Positions 38,774 through 49,260 of a stretch of DNA of 64,000 bases are shown piece after piece (position 1 is the stretch's first letter; each line of letters begins with the position of its first letter). The DNA is taken from assembly GCA_002687175.1 (NCBI GenBank), contig NYZP01000030.1, forward strand, positions 227-64,226, given 5' to 3'. A model generated the notes under the pieces. That model worked only from the letters and a program-made list of their open reading frames with translations. It was not told where the DNA came from and made no database searches. The position numbers were made by a program, and so were the translations under genes. Source of the DNA: Parcubacteria group bacterium. GTDB lineage: Bacteria > Patescibacteriota > Patescibacteriia > Buchananbacterales > UBA6539.

Positions 38774-40177
38774 ATGAAACGCTCAGAATTGCTATTTACC
38801 GCGGCAAAGCCACCTCTTGATTACTTGGCACTGGTCTTTGCTGCTATTACTGCATTTTTTATCCGTTACCTGCCTTCAGTTCAATCTATTAGGCCGGTAA
38901 TTTTTAATTTATCCTTTAAAGAATATTTTGGCATCGCCTTAATTATTTCTGCTGTTTGGATAATTATTTTTATTTTAGCTGGACTGTACACCATTGGTGG
39001 CGTGAAAAAAATTCGTGATGAGCTTGGCAAGATATTCGTTGCCTGTACCGCCGGTTTAGCCACAGTGCTTGGCATCATGGTCTTTTCTCGGTTTTTGTTT
39101 GATTCACGATTTATCATCATCACTGCTTGGGTACTAGCAATTATTTTTGTTAGCTTTGAGCGCCTGATCATACAGCTAACTCAGCGACTGGCTTACAGGG
39201 CGGGTATTGGAACTCACCGAATAATAATTATTGGTAATGGTCAGATAGCCAATGAGTTAATTAAAGAATTTACTACTAGGTTCAGCTTAGGTTATAGAGT
39301 GGTTGACAAATTTTCGCAATTTGACTCCATGACTGCTGAAAAAATAAAACATCTTGCCAAAATTGATGCTGTTGATGAAATAATACAAATAAACCCAAAC
39401 CTAGAAGCTAAACAAACCTCCGAGCTAATTGATTTAGTTAATGAATACCATTTAGATTTCAAATATACCGCTGATTTATTAGGTACTCAGCTGACGAATT
39501 TAGAAGTAACCACTTATGCTGGCTTACCAGTGGTCGAGGTTAAAAAAACTAGATTAGATGGTTGGGGTAAAATATACAAAAGAAGTTTTGATATTATTGG
39601 TTCAATCATGTTTATTGTTTTGCTTTCCCCAATTATGTTAATAATTGCTCTTGCCATCAAGCTAGATTCAAAAGGACCAATCTTTTTCAAATACAAGAGG
39701 ATAGGGGAATACGGAAAAGCCTTTGATTATTTAAAATTTAGATCGATGATTCCCGATACTCATAAGTATCGGTTTGACAAGGAGTTCTTGAGTAACCAAG
39801 AAAATTTAAGACAAGGAAGTCCAATGATGAAATTTAAAGGTGACCCTAGAATTACTAAAGTAGGAAAATTTATTCGTCGTTTTAGTTTAGATGAACTACC
39901 AGAACTTTTCATAGTACTCTTTGGTAAAATGAGCTTAGTCGGTCCCAGGCCACATGAAGTAGAAGAAGTAGAAAAATACCAAAAACATCATAAAAAATTA
40001 TTAACTATAAAACCAGGAATGACTGGAATGTCACAGGTTTCGGGCAGATCTGATTTAGACTTTGAACAAGAAGTGAAACTGGATACTTTTTACATTGAAA
40101 ACTGGTCAGTAGGACTTGATTTACATATTTTAATAAAAACTCCACTGGCGATACTTAAACGAAGGCGGACACAATGA
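38774..40177 (+). CDS. Polyprenyl glycosylphosphotransferase (WcaJ/WbaP-type sugar transferase)
   Basis: KRSFDI, KFRSM, DPRITKVGKFIRRFSLDELP, MSLVGPRP, KPGMTG..QVSGRS. Confidence 0.92.
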   Translation: MKRSELLFTAAKPPLDYLALVFAAITAFFIRYLPSVQSIRPVIFNLSFKEYFGIALIISAVWIIIFILAGLYTIGGVKKIRDELGKIFVACTAGLATVLGIMVFSRFLFDSRFIIITAWVLAIIFVSFERLIIQLTQRLAYRAGIGTHRIIIIGNGQIANELIKEFTTRFSLGYRVVDKFSQFDSMTAEKIKHLAKIDAVDEIIQINPNLEAKQTSELIDLVNEYHLDFKYTADLLGTQLTNLEVTTYAGLPVVEVKKTRLDGWGKIYKRSFDIIGSIMFIVLLSPIMLIIALAIKLDSKGPIFFKYKRIGEYGKAFDYLKFRSMIPDTHKYRFDKEFLSNQENLRQGSPMMKFKGDPRITKVGKFIRRFSLDELPELFIVLFGKMSLVGPRPHEVEEVEKYQKHHKKLLTIKPGMTGMSQVSGRSDLDFEQEVKLDTFYIENWSVGLDLHILIKTPLAILKRRRTQ

Positions 40178-41292
40178 AATTAGCTTTAATCCATGATCAT
40201 CTAACACAAGAGGGCGGTGCTGAGAAAGTACTTAAAGTTTTTCATGATATTTACCCAAAAGCCCCAACCTATACTTTATTTTATGATAAAAAAAAGATGA
40301 GTAAAGTTTTTGAAGGTAAAGATATCAGAACATCTTTCTTGCAAAATTGGCCAGGTGCTTTAAAACACTATCAGTGGTTTTTACCTTTTATGCCAACGGC
40401 TACTGAAAGTTATGACTTGATGGATTATGACGTTGTGATCTCTTCATCTTCGGCAATGTCAAAAGGAGTAATCACCAGATCAAATACCCTGCATTTTTGT
40501 TACTGCCACACCCCAACTCGCTACTTATGGTCGGACACACACCGTTATATTGATGAACTAAAATATAATCGATTAATTAAAAGATTCATCCCACCAGTAC
40601 TGACCAAATTAAGAGCCTGGGATCAGTTAGCCGCTCAAAGAGTTGATTTCTTTATTGCTAATTCTAAGAACGTGGCTGATCGAATTCAAAAATATTATCG
40701 TCGAGACAGTATCATTATTCATCCACCGGTGGCGACTAACCAATTTAAAATAAGTGATAAAATCGAAAATTATTATTTGACTGGTGGAAGACTAGTAGCT
40801 TATAAAAGATTTGATATTGCAATTCAAGCATTTAATCGCTTAGGAATCCCACTAAAGATTTTTGGTTCTGGCCCAGAGCTGAATAATCTGAAACGGTTAG
40901 CCAAATCAAACATTGAATTTTTGGATAGAGTTAGCCAGGATGAATTAGCCAAACTTTATAGTCGCGCAACGGCATTTGTTCATCCACAAATTGAAGATTT
41001 TGGCATTACCGCAGTGGAATCCATGGCTGCCGGACGTCCAGTTATTGCTTATGCTGCTGGCGGTGCCTGTGAAACAGTTGTTGATAAAAAAACCGGAAAA
41101 TTTTTTGATGAACAAACATGGGAGGCTTTAGCTGATGCCATTGTTAGGTTTAAACCAGAAGATTTTAAACCAGAAGAGGTTAAAAATTATGCTCAACAAT
41201 TTAGCGAGGAGAGATTTAAAAAAGAGATTACTAATTTAGTTGAAGCTGAGTGGGAAAAATTAAAAAGTACTCAAATTAAGTGCGGAATATAA
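40174..41292 (+). CDS. GT4 glycosyltransferase (WbaZ-like)
   Basis: HDHL...GGAEKV, YCHTPTRYLW, EDFGITAVESMAAG. Confidence 0.9.
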   Translation: MKLALIHDHLTQEGGAEKVLKVFHDIYPKAPTYTLFYDKKKMSKVFEGKDIRTSFLQNWPGALKHYQWFLPFMPTATESYDLMDYDVVISSSSAMSKGVITRSNTLHFCYCHTPTRYLWSDTHRYIDELKYNRLIKRFIPPVLTKLRAWDQLAAQRVDFFIANSKNVADRIQKYYRRDSIIIHPPVATNQFKISDKIENYYLTGGRLVAYKRFDIAIQAFNRLGIPLKIFGSGPELNNLKRLAKSNIEFLDRVSQDELAKLYSRATAFVHPQIEDFGITAVESMAAGRPVIAYAAGGACETVVDKKTGKFFDEQTWEALADAIVRFKPEDFKPEEVKNYAQQFSEERFKKEITNLVEAEWEKLKSTQIKCGI

Positions 41293-41306
41293 GTGGTCAA
41301 TAATTA

Positions 41307-41423
41307 TCTAACTTATGCGTATTGGTGTTGACCCCGCATAGTGCGGGGCAAGACAAGGAAAGATACGAATCATAGTATGTTGACCATAATCTAATTTTCT
41401 AATTTATGCGTATTGGTGTTGAC
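41307..41423 (+). repeat. 26-bp direct repeat of a gene start flanking a palindromic insertion
   Basis: tctaa(c/t)ttatgcgtattggtgttgac at 41307-41332 and 41398-41423; hairpin ccccgca-tag-tgcgggg 41332-41348. Confidence 0.85.
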
Positions 41424-42530
41424 GTTCGCTGTTTAACGGAGCCCTATTATTCTGGAATAAGCGAATACACTTACAATTTATTAACCCATCTATTTAAAAT
41501 TGATTCTGAAAATCAATATTTTTTGTTTTATAATTCATCTAAAGAATTAAAAGCACCTAAATTTGATTATCCTAACGTTACTTATAAGAGTTTTAAATAC
41601 CCAAATAGACTTTTTAACTTAGGCCTAAGCCTTTTCAAAATTGCAGAAATTGACAAAATGATTGGTGGAGTTGATATTTTTTTAACACCAAATATTTTAT
41701 TTTCAAATCTTTCTAAGGATACTAAAAAGATTCTAATTGTCCATGATTTAACGTTTGAATTATACCCAGAATTTTTTACCCTAAAAAAACGCTTGTGGCA
41801 TAAATTAATTGGTCCCAAGAATCTTTGTCAACAGTCAGACGTTATTATTAGTATTTCAGAGAATACCAAGAATGACATTGTTAAATTATATAACTTGGGC
41901 CCAGAAAAAATTAAAGTTATATATCAAGGGGTTAATGAAATGTACTTTGATCAAATTTCTGAAGCAAAAAAGATTGAAGTTAAGACTAAGTATCACTTAC
42001 CTGATGATTACATTTTTTACTTAGGTAATCTTGAACCACGGAAAAATGTTGAAAGTTTAATTTTGGCCTTTGAAAACTTGAAAAATCAATCAGCTAACCT
42101 GGTAATTGCTGGTGGTGAGGCTTGGAAATATAAAAAAATTTACAAAATTTGGCAAGATTCTCCGGTAAAAAAACGAATTAAATTTTTGGGTTATGTTGAT
42201 GCAGCTGACAAGCCAGCTCTTTATTCATTAGCAAAAATTTTTGTTTATCCTTCAATATATGAAGGGTTTGGTTTACCGCCGCTAGAATCCATGGCCTGTC
42301 GTACGCCAGTTGTTAGTAGTTTTAATTCATCTTTGGTAGAAGCAGTTGGTTCGGCCGGCCTACTAGTTGATCCAAATAATACCAATGAATTGTCTAAAGC
42401 CATGGAGCAGTTAATAACTGATGATAAGCTTTCTGATTTATTTATAGAAAAAGGGTTAAAACAAGTCCAGCAATTCCGTTGGCACAAGACGGCTGAAACA
42501 TTCATTAATATTTTTAAAAAAATTACATGA
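41406..42530 (+). CDS. GT4 glycosyltransferase (MtfB-like)
   Basis: MRIGVD.R, VHDL, LEPRKN, YPSIYEGFGLPPLESMAC. Confidence 0.92.
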   Translation: MRIGVDVRCLTEPYYSGISEYTYNLLTHLFKIDSENQYFLFYNSSKELKAPKFDYPNVTYKSFKYPNRLFNLGLSLFKIAEIDKMIGGVDIFLTPNILFSNLSKDTKKILIVHDLTFELYPEFFTLKKRLWHKLIGPKNLCQQSDVIISISENTKNDIVKLYNLGPEKIKVIYQGVNEMYFDQISEAKKIEVKTKYHLPDDYIFYLGNLEPRKNVESLILAFENLKNQSANLVIAGGEAWKYKKIYKIWQDSPVKKRIKFLGYVDAADKPALYSLAKIFVYPSIYEGFGLPPLESMACRTPVVSSFNSSLVEAVGSAGLLVDPNNTNELSKAMEQLITDDKLSDLFIEKGLKQVQQFRWHKTAETFINIFKKIT

Positions 42531-43645
42531 AAATTGGAATTGATGCCAGAATGTATGGATCTGAATCTACAACCGGTCTTGGAGTATACGTAAAAAGCTT
42601 AACCGATAAACTTTTCTCTATTGATCAGAAAAATAAGTACTTTTTATTTATGAACGAGCCAGGTTTCTCTAAATTTCAGCCACCTAGTCAAAATGTTAAA
42701 AAAATTAAAGTTGATATCCCGTGGTACAGTTACACCGAACAGCTAAAATTTCCAAAAATATTACTAAGCCAAAAGCTGGATCTCGTGCATTTCCCTCATT
42801 TTAATGTTCCGATCTTATATCCCAAAAAATTTATTACTACAATCCATGACATTACACCAAAATTTTTTCCTGGGCCCAAGGTGAAAAAATCATTGACACG
42901 AAAAATTGCTTATCAAACTGTCTTCCGGAATGGCTTAGCAAGAGCTAAAAAAATTATCACTATTTCTGAATACACGACAAAAAATTTAGTGAATTTTTTT
43001 AACGCTGACAAAAGTAAAATAGTCATAATTTACAATGGTTTCAATGAAAAAATTAGTGAAGTTAAAGATGAAGAATTAATAAAAAACTTTAAAGCTAAGA
43101 ATAACATAACCAAACCATTTATATTTTATGTTGGGGTTTGGCGCGATCACAAAAATTTACCTGGTTTAATTAAAGCATTTAACATTCTACGGCAAGATTT
43201 TAAACAAGATTATCAACTAGTCTTGGCTGGGAAACAAGACGGAAGATACCCAGAAATTTTGGCGACAATAAATAACTCACCCTTTAAATCAGACATTATT
43301 TTACCTGGTTATGTGGCAGATGAAGACCTACCGTTATTCTATTCAGCAGCTGAGCTGTTTGTACTGCCGTCATTTGCCGAAGGTTTTGGTTTAGTTAGTT
43401 TAGAATCTATGGCTTGCAACACCCCAGCGATTAGTTCCAAAACTACCAGTTTACCAGAAATTTTAGAGGATGCCTCTTTATATTTTGATCCTTATGATCC
43501 TCATGATATGGCTAAAGTCTTTATGTCAGTCATAGGTGACAGGGAAAAGTATAAAAGCTTGCAATCATTAGGACTTGATCAAATAAAAAAATACAGCTGG
43601 GATAAGTGTGCTCAACAAACATTAGCAATTTATCAATCAGTATAA
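42527..43645 (+). CDS. GT4 glycosyltransferase (MtfB-like)
   Basis: MKIGIDAR, HFPHFNVP, HKNL, PSFAEGFGLVSLESMAC. Confidence 0.92.
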   Translation: MKIGIDARMYGSESTTGLGVYVKSLTDKLFSIDQKNKYFLFMNEPGFSKFQPPSQNVKKIKVDIPWYSYTEQLKFPKILLSQKLDLVHFPHFNVPILYPKKFITTIHDITPKFFPGPKVKKSLTRKIAYQTVFRNGLARAKKIITISEYTTKNLVNFFNADKSKIVIIYNGFNEKISEVKDEELIKNFKAKNNITKPFIFYVGVWRDHKNLPGLIKAFNILRQDFKQDYQLVLAGKQDGRYPEILATINNSPFKSDIILPGYVADEDLPLFYSAAELFVLPSFAEGFGLVSLESMACNTPAISSKTTSLPEILEDASLYFDPYDPHDMAKVFMSVIGDREKYKSLQSLGLDQIKKYSWDKCAQQTLAIYQSV

Positions 43646-43701
43646 TTTGTGTTATAATAAGTTAAAATTATAGACTAATATAACTCCTAATATTTCTTGG
43701 G

Positions 43702-46086
43702 ATGCCATTAAAATCAAAAAAAAATAAAAAAAATACCCAGCCTAAAGTTAGTGATAGATTAACAATTAATAGTTCTAAGGCTAAAAAATCTAGCTATGTT
43801 GTTAATTTAAAAAATCCTAACCAAGGAATATTTGAAGATAATTTTTCTTTGAAACAATCTAATTTTTCAAAGACTAAAACAGTACCAAAAACACCAAGCC
43901 TAAGATTAAAGCCGACCTCTAAAAAACGCAATAAAGTAGGGGTTAATTTTATTTCAACAAAGAAATCAAGACCTAAGTTTAAAAAATCAATCGTTAAAAA
44001 AACACCAATTTTAGAGCTAAGTAAGGAAAGCAAGGATGCTCCCCTAACATTTAGCAGTCCACAGAAAGCAGAGGAGTTAGAAGATATTTTTGCTCCAGCA
44101 GTTCATGAAAATTTTTTAAAAATTAGTTTACCATATAATTGGCAAAAAAAATTGACCGTTTTTGTTTTGATCTCGGTGGTTTTAATTTTACCACTGCAAG
44201 CCGTTACCTATTACCAAGATTTACAAGATGTTAAAGACAAAATTTTACTAATCACCAATGAAGCTATTGAAAACCTTAAATCTGGTCAACAGGCAGCGTC
44301 AGAATTAGATTTAACCACGGCTGATTTTGATTTTGACCAAGCCAAAAGTAATTTTGCATTAGCTCAGCAAGAGGTCAGTAATCTTAATATTTTAAGCAGT
44401 GAAATTCTAAAATTATTACCAGCCCAAGAGCAATCAGTTGAGAATGGACTTAATTTACTTCAGGCTGGAGAAATCATTGCTGAAACCGGACAAATTTTAA
44501 TTAATAGTGGGCAAAATTTGCTCTCCGGAGGCAACCTAACAGATTACTACAAGTCTTTAGTCACTTTTGAGTCAAGCTTAAGGTTAGTAATTGATAAGTT
44601 TAAGCAAGCAAAAGAAAAAATTGAAAATATTGATCCTAATTTCTTACCACCAGAGCATCAAGAAACATTTACTAAAGTTTTGACTCAGCTACCAAGTATT
44701 CATCAAGGATTAATCAACGTTTATGATATTAATCATACGTTACTAAAACTTTTGGGACATGAACAATGGCAACGCTACTTAATTGTTTTTCTCAATAATA
44801 ATGAACTAAGAGGTGGTGGTGGGTTTATGGGCAGTTTTGCTATCTTAGACATTGATCGTGGAGAGATTAAAAATTTAGAAGTTCCAGGCGGTGGCACCTA
44901 TGATATCCAAGGCCAGTTAGTACCCCGCGTTATTTCACCTGAACCGCTACATTTAATTAATTCCCGGTGGGAATTTCAAGATTCTAACTGGTGGCCTGAC
45001 TATCCAACTTCAGCTAAAAAAATGCAATGGTTCTATCAAAATGCTGGTGGCCCTAGCGTAGATGGAGTGATTACTATAACTTCTACTTTAATGGAAAGAT
45101 TATTAGACGTTTTTGGCCCGATCAGTATGCCAGAGTATGGACGTGATATTACTAGCGAAAATTTTGTAATTGAAACCCAAAAAATTGTTGAATTGGAATA
45201 CGACAAAGAAGAAAATAAACCTAAGCAATTTATTGCAGACTTGACGCCACGACTTTTAGACCTAATTTTTTCTGCTGATAATGATCAGCTAGCCGACTTA
45301 TTTAATACTCTGAAAAAAGGTTTAAATGAAAAACAGTTTATTGTCTATTTTAACGATCAACAGACTCAAGAGTTAGTTGCTAATTTTGATTGGAGCGCTG
45401 AAATAAAAGAAACTGATGGTGATTACTTGTCAGTAGTTCACAGCAATATCGCTGGCGGAAAAACCGATGGTGTTATAAAGGAAACAATTGAACATCAAGC
45501 TGAAATTCAAAACGATGGTTCAATTATTAATACAGTTAAATTAATCAGACGGCATACTGGTGTGGCCGGAGAAAATATTTTTACCGGTGTCCAAAACAAC
45601 AGTTATGTTAGATTTTATGTTCCTTTAGGCAGTGTGTTACTAGAGTCGTCCGGTTTTGAAAAACCACCAATAGAACTTTTTGAAGAACCGGAAGATGATT
45701 ATGTAGCCGATATTGACTTAATTAGTGTTGAGAGTAACCATACAAAAGACGAAGCATCTGGCATGGATGTTTATAAGGAAAGTGGTAAAACAGTTTTTGG
45801 TCACTGGCTTCAACTAAAGCCTGGTGAAATTGGCCAAGCGATAATAAAGTATCGCTTACCTTTTAAGCTAGCTCTTGAAGGCAAAAATATTTTCTACTAC
45901 AGTTTATTAGCTCAAAAACAAGCTGGCAGCATAGGTAGTAATCTTAAGAGTAATTTGATACTTAATAATAATTTTAAGCCAATGGCTAAGTTTCCAGCAG
46001 AACTGGCCAGTGATGACACAGAGGTCAGTTTTAACAAATCACTTACCACTGATCAATTCTACGGTGTTGCTTTAGTCAATAAATAA
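43702..46086 (+). CDS. DUF4012 domain membrane protein
   Basis: YLIVFLNNNELRGGGGFMGS, DSNWWPDYPTSA, DGVI; Lys-rich N-terminus then a TM. Confidence 0.82.
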   Translation: MPLKSKKNKKNTQPKVSDRLTINSSKAKKSSYVVNLKNPNQGIFEDNFSLKQSNFSKTKTVPKTPSLRLKPTSKKRNKVGVNFISTKKSRPKFKKSIVKKTPILELSKESKDAPLTFSSPQKAEELEDIFAPAVHENFLKISLPYNWQKKLTVFVLISVVLILPLQAVTYYQDLQDVKDKILLITNEAIENLKSGQQAASELDLTTADFDFDQAKSNFALAQQEVSNLNILSSEILKLLPAQEQSVENGLNLLQAGEIIAETGQILINSGQNLLSGGNLTDYYKSLVTFESSLRLVIDKFKQAKEKIENIDPNFLPPEHQETFTKVLTQLPSIHQGLINVYDINHTLLKLLGHEQWQRYLIVFLNNNELRGGGGFMGSFAILDIDRGEIKNLEVPGGGTYDIQGQLVPRVISPEPLHLINSRWEFQDSNWWPDYPTSAKKMQWFYQNAGGPSVDGVITITSTLMERLLDVFGPISMPEYGRDITSENFVIETQKIVELEYDKEENKPKQFIADLTPRLLDLIFSADNDQLADLFNTLKKGLNEKQFIVYFNDQQTQELVANFDWSAEIKETDGDYLSVVHSNIAGGKTDGVIKETIEHQAEIQNDGSIINTVKLIRRHTGVAGENIFTGVQNNSYVRFYVPLGSVLLESSGFEKPPIELFEEPEDDYVADIDLISVESNHTKDEASGMDVYKESGKTVFGHWLQLKPGEIGQAIIKYRLPFKLALEGKNIFYYSLLAQKQAGSIGSNLKSNLILNNNFKPMAKFPAELASDDTEVSFNKSLTTDQFYGVALVNK

Positions 46087-46087
46087 A

Positions 46088-46210
46088 CCAGACCCCACTC
46101 TAAAGAGTGGGGTATCAGGGCGGGGTTTATTGCAAGGTGTCGGCTCCGCCGACAATATTATTTACTAATTGCCCTCATCCGCACGCTGAAGCGCACGGTA
46201 CTCGGGCATA
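46088..46210. repeat. Cluster of GC-rich hairpins resembling IS200/IS605 end remnants
   Basis: accccactct-aa-agagtggggt; cagggcgggg; tgtcgg-ctccg-ccgaca; tgccc...cgggca. Confidence 0.45.
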
Positions 46211-46218
46211 CAATATAA

Positions 46219-48129
46219 ATGAAAAAAGACAGATTAAAACAGTTAAAAAAAAATTATAAAAAAACCAGTGATTTAGCAGTCCAGAAAGGTTTGATGAATA
46301 TTTACAGCAATAAGGATGGCAGCTTACCAGACATCTCACATTTAGATGTAAGACGTAAGAGTCGTCTCAAGATTTTTTTAATAAGTTTTGTTGGTATTGC
46401 CATCATTCTAGCGGCTATTGTTTGGCTCGGTTTTATTGTATTTAATCCAGACAGTACCGTCTCCAATCAGAGTATAAAACTTGAAATAAAAAGCCAACAA
46501 AGTATCGCATCTGGTGACGAAGTTATATATATATTAAACTATGCCAATGTTGAAAAAGTACCCTTAAATGATGTTGAAATAATTTTTCGCTTTCCCGAAG
46601 GTTTTGAATTTACCTCGGCAACTCCGGAGCCAACCAATGATTTTAATACCTCTTGGGATATTGACCAGTTAGCAAAAAATGCCAGTGGTAAGATTGAAAT
46701 TAAAGGTAAACTAATTGGTGAAGTCGGTTCAATCAAAACAATCAGTGCAACAGCATCATATCGACCAGAAAATTTTAGTTCTATCTTTAAAGATATTCAG
46801 TCATTCAGCAGTCAAATTACTTCATCTATTTTAGAAATTAATGTCGAGGGACCTGAACAAATTTTACCAGAAAAAAAGGCTACTTATAAAATTTTATACC
46901 GTAATGATTCAGATCAAGATTTAGCCAAGATCAAAGTGCTAGTTGACTATCCGGCAAATTTTATTTTTCAAGAAGCGTTACCAGAGCCATTTCATAAAGA
47001 AGAAGATGCTCGTAATTTAAATAATCAATGGATTATTGAGAATTTAGAAAAAAATCAAGAGGGTGAAATAGAAATTACGGGCGGATTTTTAGCTGATGAA
47101 CAAATACCCAGCGCAAATTTTAACGTCCAAATTGGTTTTTTAGACGAAGAGTTTGATGAATTTTCATTACAACAAGAAAAATCAATTTCTACTGAAATTA
47201 TAGAATCAAATTTAAGTATGAATTTGATTGTCAATGGTTCAAATCAGAATCAGCCAATTAGCTTTGGGCAAATACTAACGTATTCAATTGTCTACAAGAA
47301 TTTAGGTCAAAAAGATTTAGACGATGTTTCTTTTACTATAACTTTGGATTCAGATATTTTAAATTTTGAGGAAATTGAGGATAAAAATTTTGGAATCATT
47401 GATAATAATTCTATCACTTGGGGTAAAGATCAAATTTCAGAATTAGATTTAGTGAGACCTCTAGACGAAGGTAGCATTGATTTTTCAATCAAAGTTTTAG
47501 ACTCAACCGATGTTAATCTTGATACTGATAATTTGCAGGTTAAAAGTAAAAGTCAGGCCAGCTTGATTAAGATTGGTGATTTAGAAATTGAGGAGTTAGA
47601 CATATCAAGTAACGAGATTTTAAATAATATAAATACCGATATTCAACTAAAAGTTGAGGGAAGATATTTCAATGAAGATAATATCGCTGTTGGCACTGGA
47701 CCACTACCACCAGTAGTCGGCGAAAGAACAACTTTTAGAATCTATTGGTATATTGCTAATAGTTTGCATGAGGTATCAGATGTCGTGGTCAGTGCTGTGC
47801 TACCCGATGGTGTTGAGTGGGTTGATAAGTATTTGGTGAAAACTGGTCAAATAAGCTATAGCGATAAAGATAACCGTGTTAGTTGGTCAATCAATAAAAT
47901 TTCCGCTGGTCAAGATTTTCAAGATATTAATACTTGGTTTGACGTAGCTGTAATTCCTACTAAACAACAAGAGGGTAAACTCTTAATTCTAAGCGATCAG
48001 ACATTCTTAGTAGCCACTGATGAACAAACTGAATCAGAAATTTCAAAAAGTGGCAAAGCCGTTACTTCAAATTTAGAAAATGACCCAGTCGGTGGTGGAC
48101 GAGGTTTAGTGATCGATATCACTGAATAG
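46219..48129 (+). CDS. Membrane-anchored Ig-like repeat (DUF11-like) protein
   Basis: Single TM, then repeated 'G..vTY.i.Y.N....L.dV.i....P' beta modules. Confidence 0.65.
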   Translation: MKKDRLKQLKKNYKKTSDLAVQKGLMNIYSNKDGSLPDISHLDVRRKSRLKIFLISFVGIAIILAAIVWLGFIVFNPDSTVSNQSIKLEIKSQQSIASGDEVIYILNYANVEKVPLNDVEIIFRFPEGFEFTSATPEPTNDFNTSWDIDQLAKNASGKIEIKGKLIGEVGSIKTISATASYRPENFSSIFKDIQSFSSQITSSILEINVEGPEQILPEKKATYKILYRNDSDQDLAKIKVLVDYPANFIFQEALPEPFHKEEDARNLNNQWIIENLEKNQEGEIEITGGFLADEQIPSANFNVQIGFLDEEFDEFSLQQEKSISTEIIESNLSMNLIVNGSNQNQPISFGQILTYSIVYKNLGQKDLDDVSFTITLDSDILNFEEIEDKNFGIIDNNSITWGKDQISELDLVRPLDEGSIDFSIKVLDSTDVNLDTDNLQVKSKSQASLIKIGDLEIEELDISSNEILNNINTDIQLKVEGRYFNEDNIAVGTGPLPPVVGERTTFRIYWYIANSLHEVSDVVVSAVLPDGVEWVDKYLVKTGQISYSDKDNRVSWSINKISAGQDFQDINTWFDVAVIPTKQQEGKLLILSDQTFLVATDEQTESEISKSGKAVTSNLENDPVGGGRGLVIDITE

Positions 48130-49260
48130 ATGTTTAAAATTTTAAAAAAATCTAAAAAATCTCAGGCGAGATTAACAGAATTAAAATTGTCCCATGGTAA
48201 AATAATGGGTCCTTTTTTTATGCCAATTGCTACCTATGGTGCGGTTAAAAATTTGGATACTGCTGAGCTCAAAAGTTTAGGTGCTCAAATAATTCTATCA
48301 AATACCTATCACTTAATGTTGGCTCCAGGTGAAAAAATAATCAAACGGGCAGATGGTTTGCATAAATTCATCAACTGGTCAGGTCCAATTCTAACCGATT
48401 CCGGTGGGTTTCAGGTATTTTCATTAGCTCAACATCGAAAAATTAGAGAAAAAGGTGTAACTTTTGCTGATCCAAAAAATGGTAATAAATATTTGCTAAC
48501 TCCCGAGAAATCAATTAAAATTCAAACAGACCTTGGTGTCGATATCGCGATGGTTTTAGATGAAGTTGTTGGCTATCCGGCATCAAAAAAGATGGTCAAA
48601 GAAGCTATGAATCGAACAACTCGTTGGGCTAAACGATCAAAAGAAGCTAGACAGTCAAAAAAAATGAAACTGTTTGGTATAGTCCAAGGCGGTATATACA
48701 AGGATCTCCGCCTGACCTCAGCTAATGGCCTAGTAAAACTAGACTTTGACGGCTATGCTATTGGTGGTGTCGCCGTTGGAGAACCACGAAATAAAATGAA
48801 GCATATACTAAGTTGGACGGTTCATGAGCTACCAGAAAATAAACCACGTTACCTAATGGGTCTAGGTAGGCCAGAAGAGATTATTCAAGCAGTAAAGCAG
48901 GGGATTGACATGTTTGATTGTGTTATTCCTACCCGCGAAGCCCGCCACGGCCGGCTATATCTTTGGACAAACACTCACGGGCGAGGCGTCTCTGTCTCGC
49001 CGTCACGGTCGGGCAAGGATGCCCGACCTATATTAAGGGGAAAATTTTATCAAACCATCAATATCACTAATGCCAAATTCGCTAAAGACTTAAAGCCAAT
49101 TAATCAAACTAATCTAAAACAATATTCAAAAGCTTACTTGCATCATTTATTTAAAACCAGTGAACCTCTTGGAATGAGACTGGCTACACTTAGTAATCTT
49201 AATTTTTATTTAACCTTAATGTCTGAATTACGGCAAGCAATTAAAAATAATAAACTATGA
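48130..49260 (+). CDS. tgt: tRNA-guanine transglycosylase
   Basis: FMPIAT.GAVK, LSNTYHL, LTDSGGFQVFSL, FGIVQGG, KPRYLMG, DMFDCVIPTR. Confidence 0.95.
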   Translation: MFKILKKSKKSQARLTELKLSHGKIMGPFFMPIATYGAVKNLDTAELKSLGAQIILSNTYHLMLAPGEKIIKRADGLHKFINWSGPILTDSGGFQVFSLAQHRKIREKGVTFADPKNGNKYLLTPEKSIKIQTDLGVDIAMVLDEVVGYPASKKMVKEAMNRTTRWAKRSKEARQSKKMKLFGIVQGGIYKDLRLTSANGLVKLDFDGYAIGGVAVGEPRNKMKHILSWTVHELPENKPRYLMGLGRPEEIIQAVKQGIDMFDCVIPTREARHGRLYLWTNTHGRGVSVSPSRSGKDARPILRGKFYQTINITNAKFAKDLKPINQTNLKQYSKAYLHHLFKTSEPLGMRLATLSNLNFYLTLMSELRQAIKNNKL

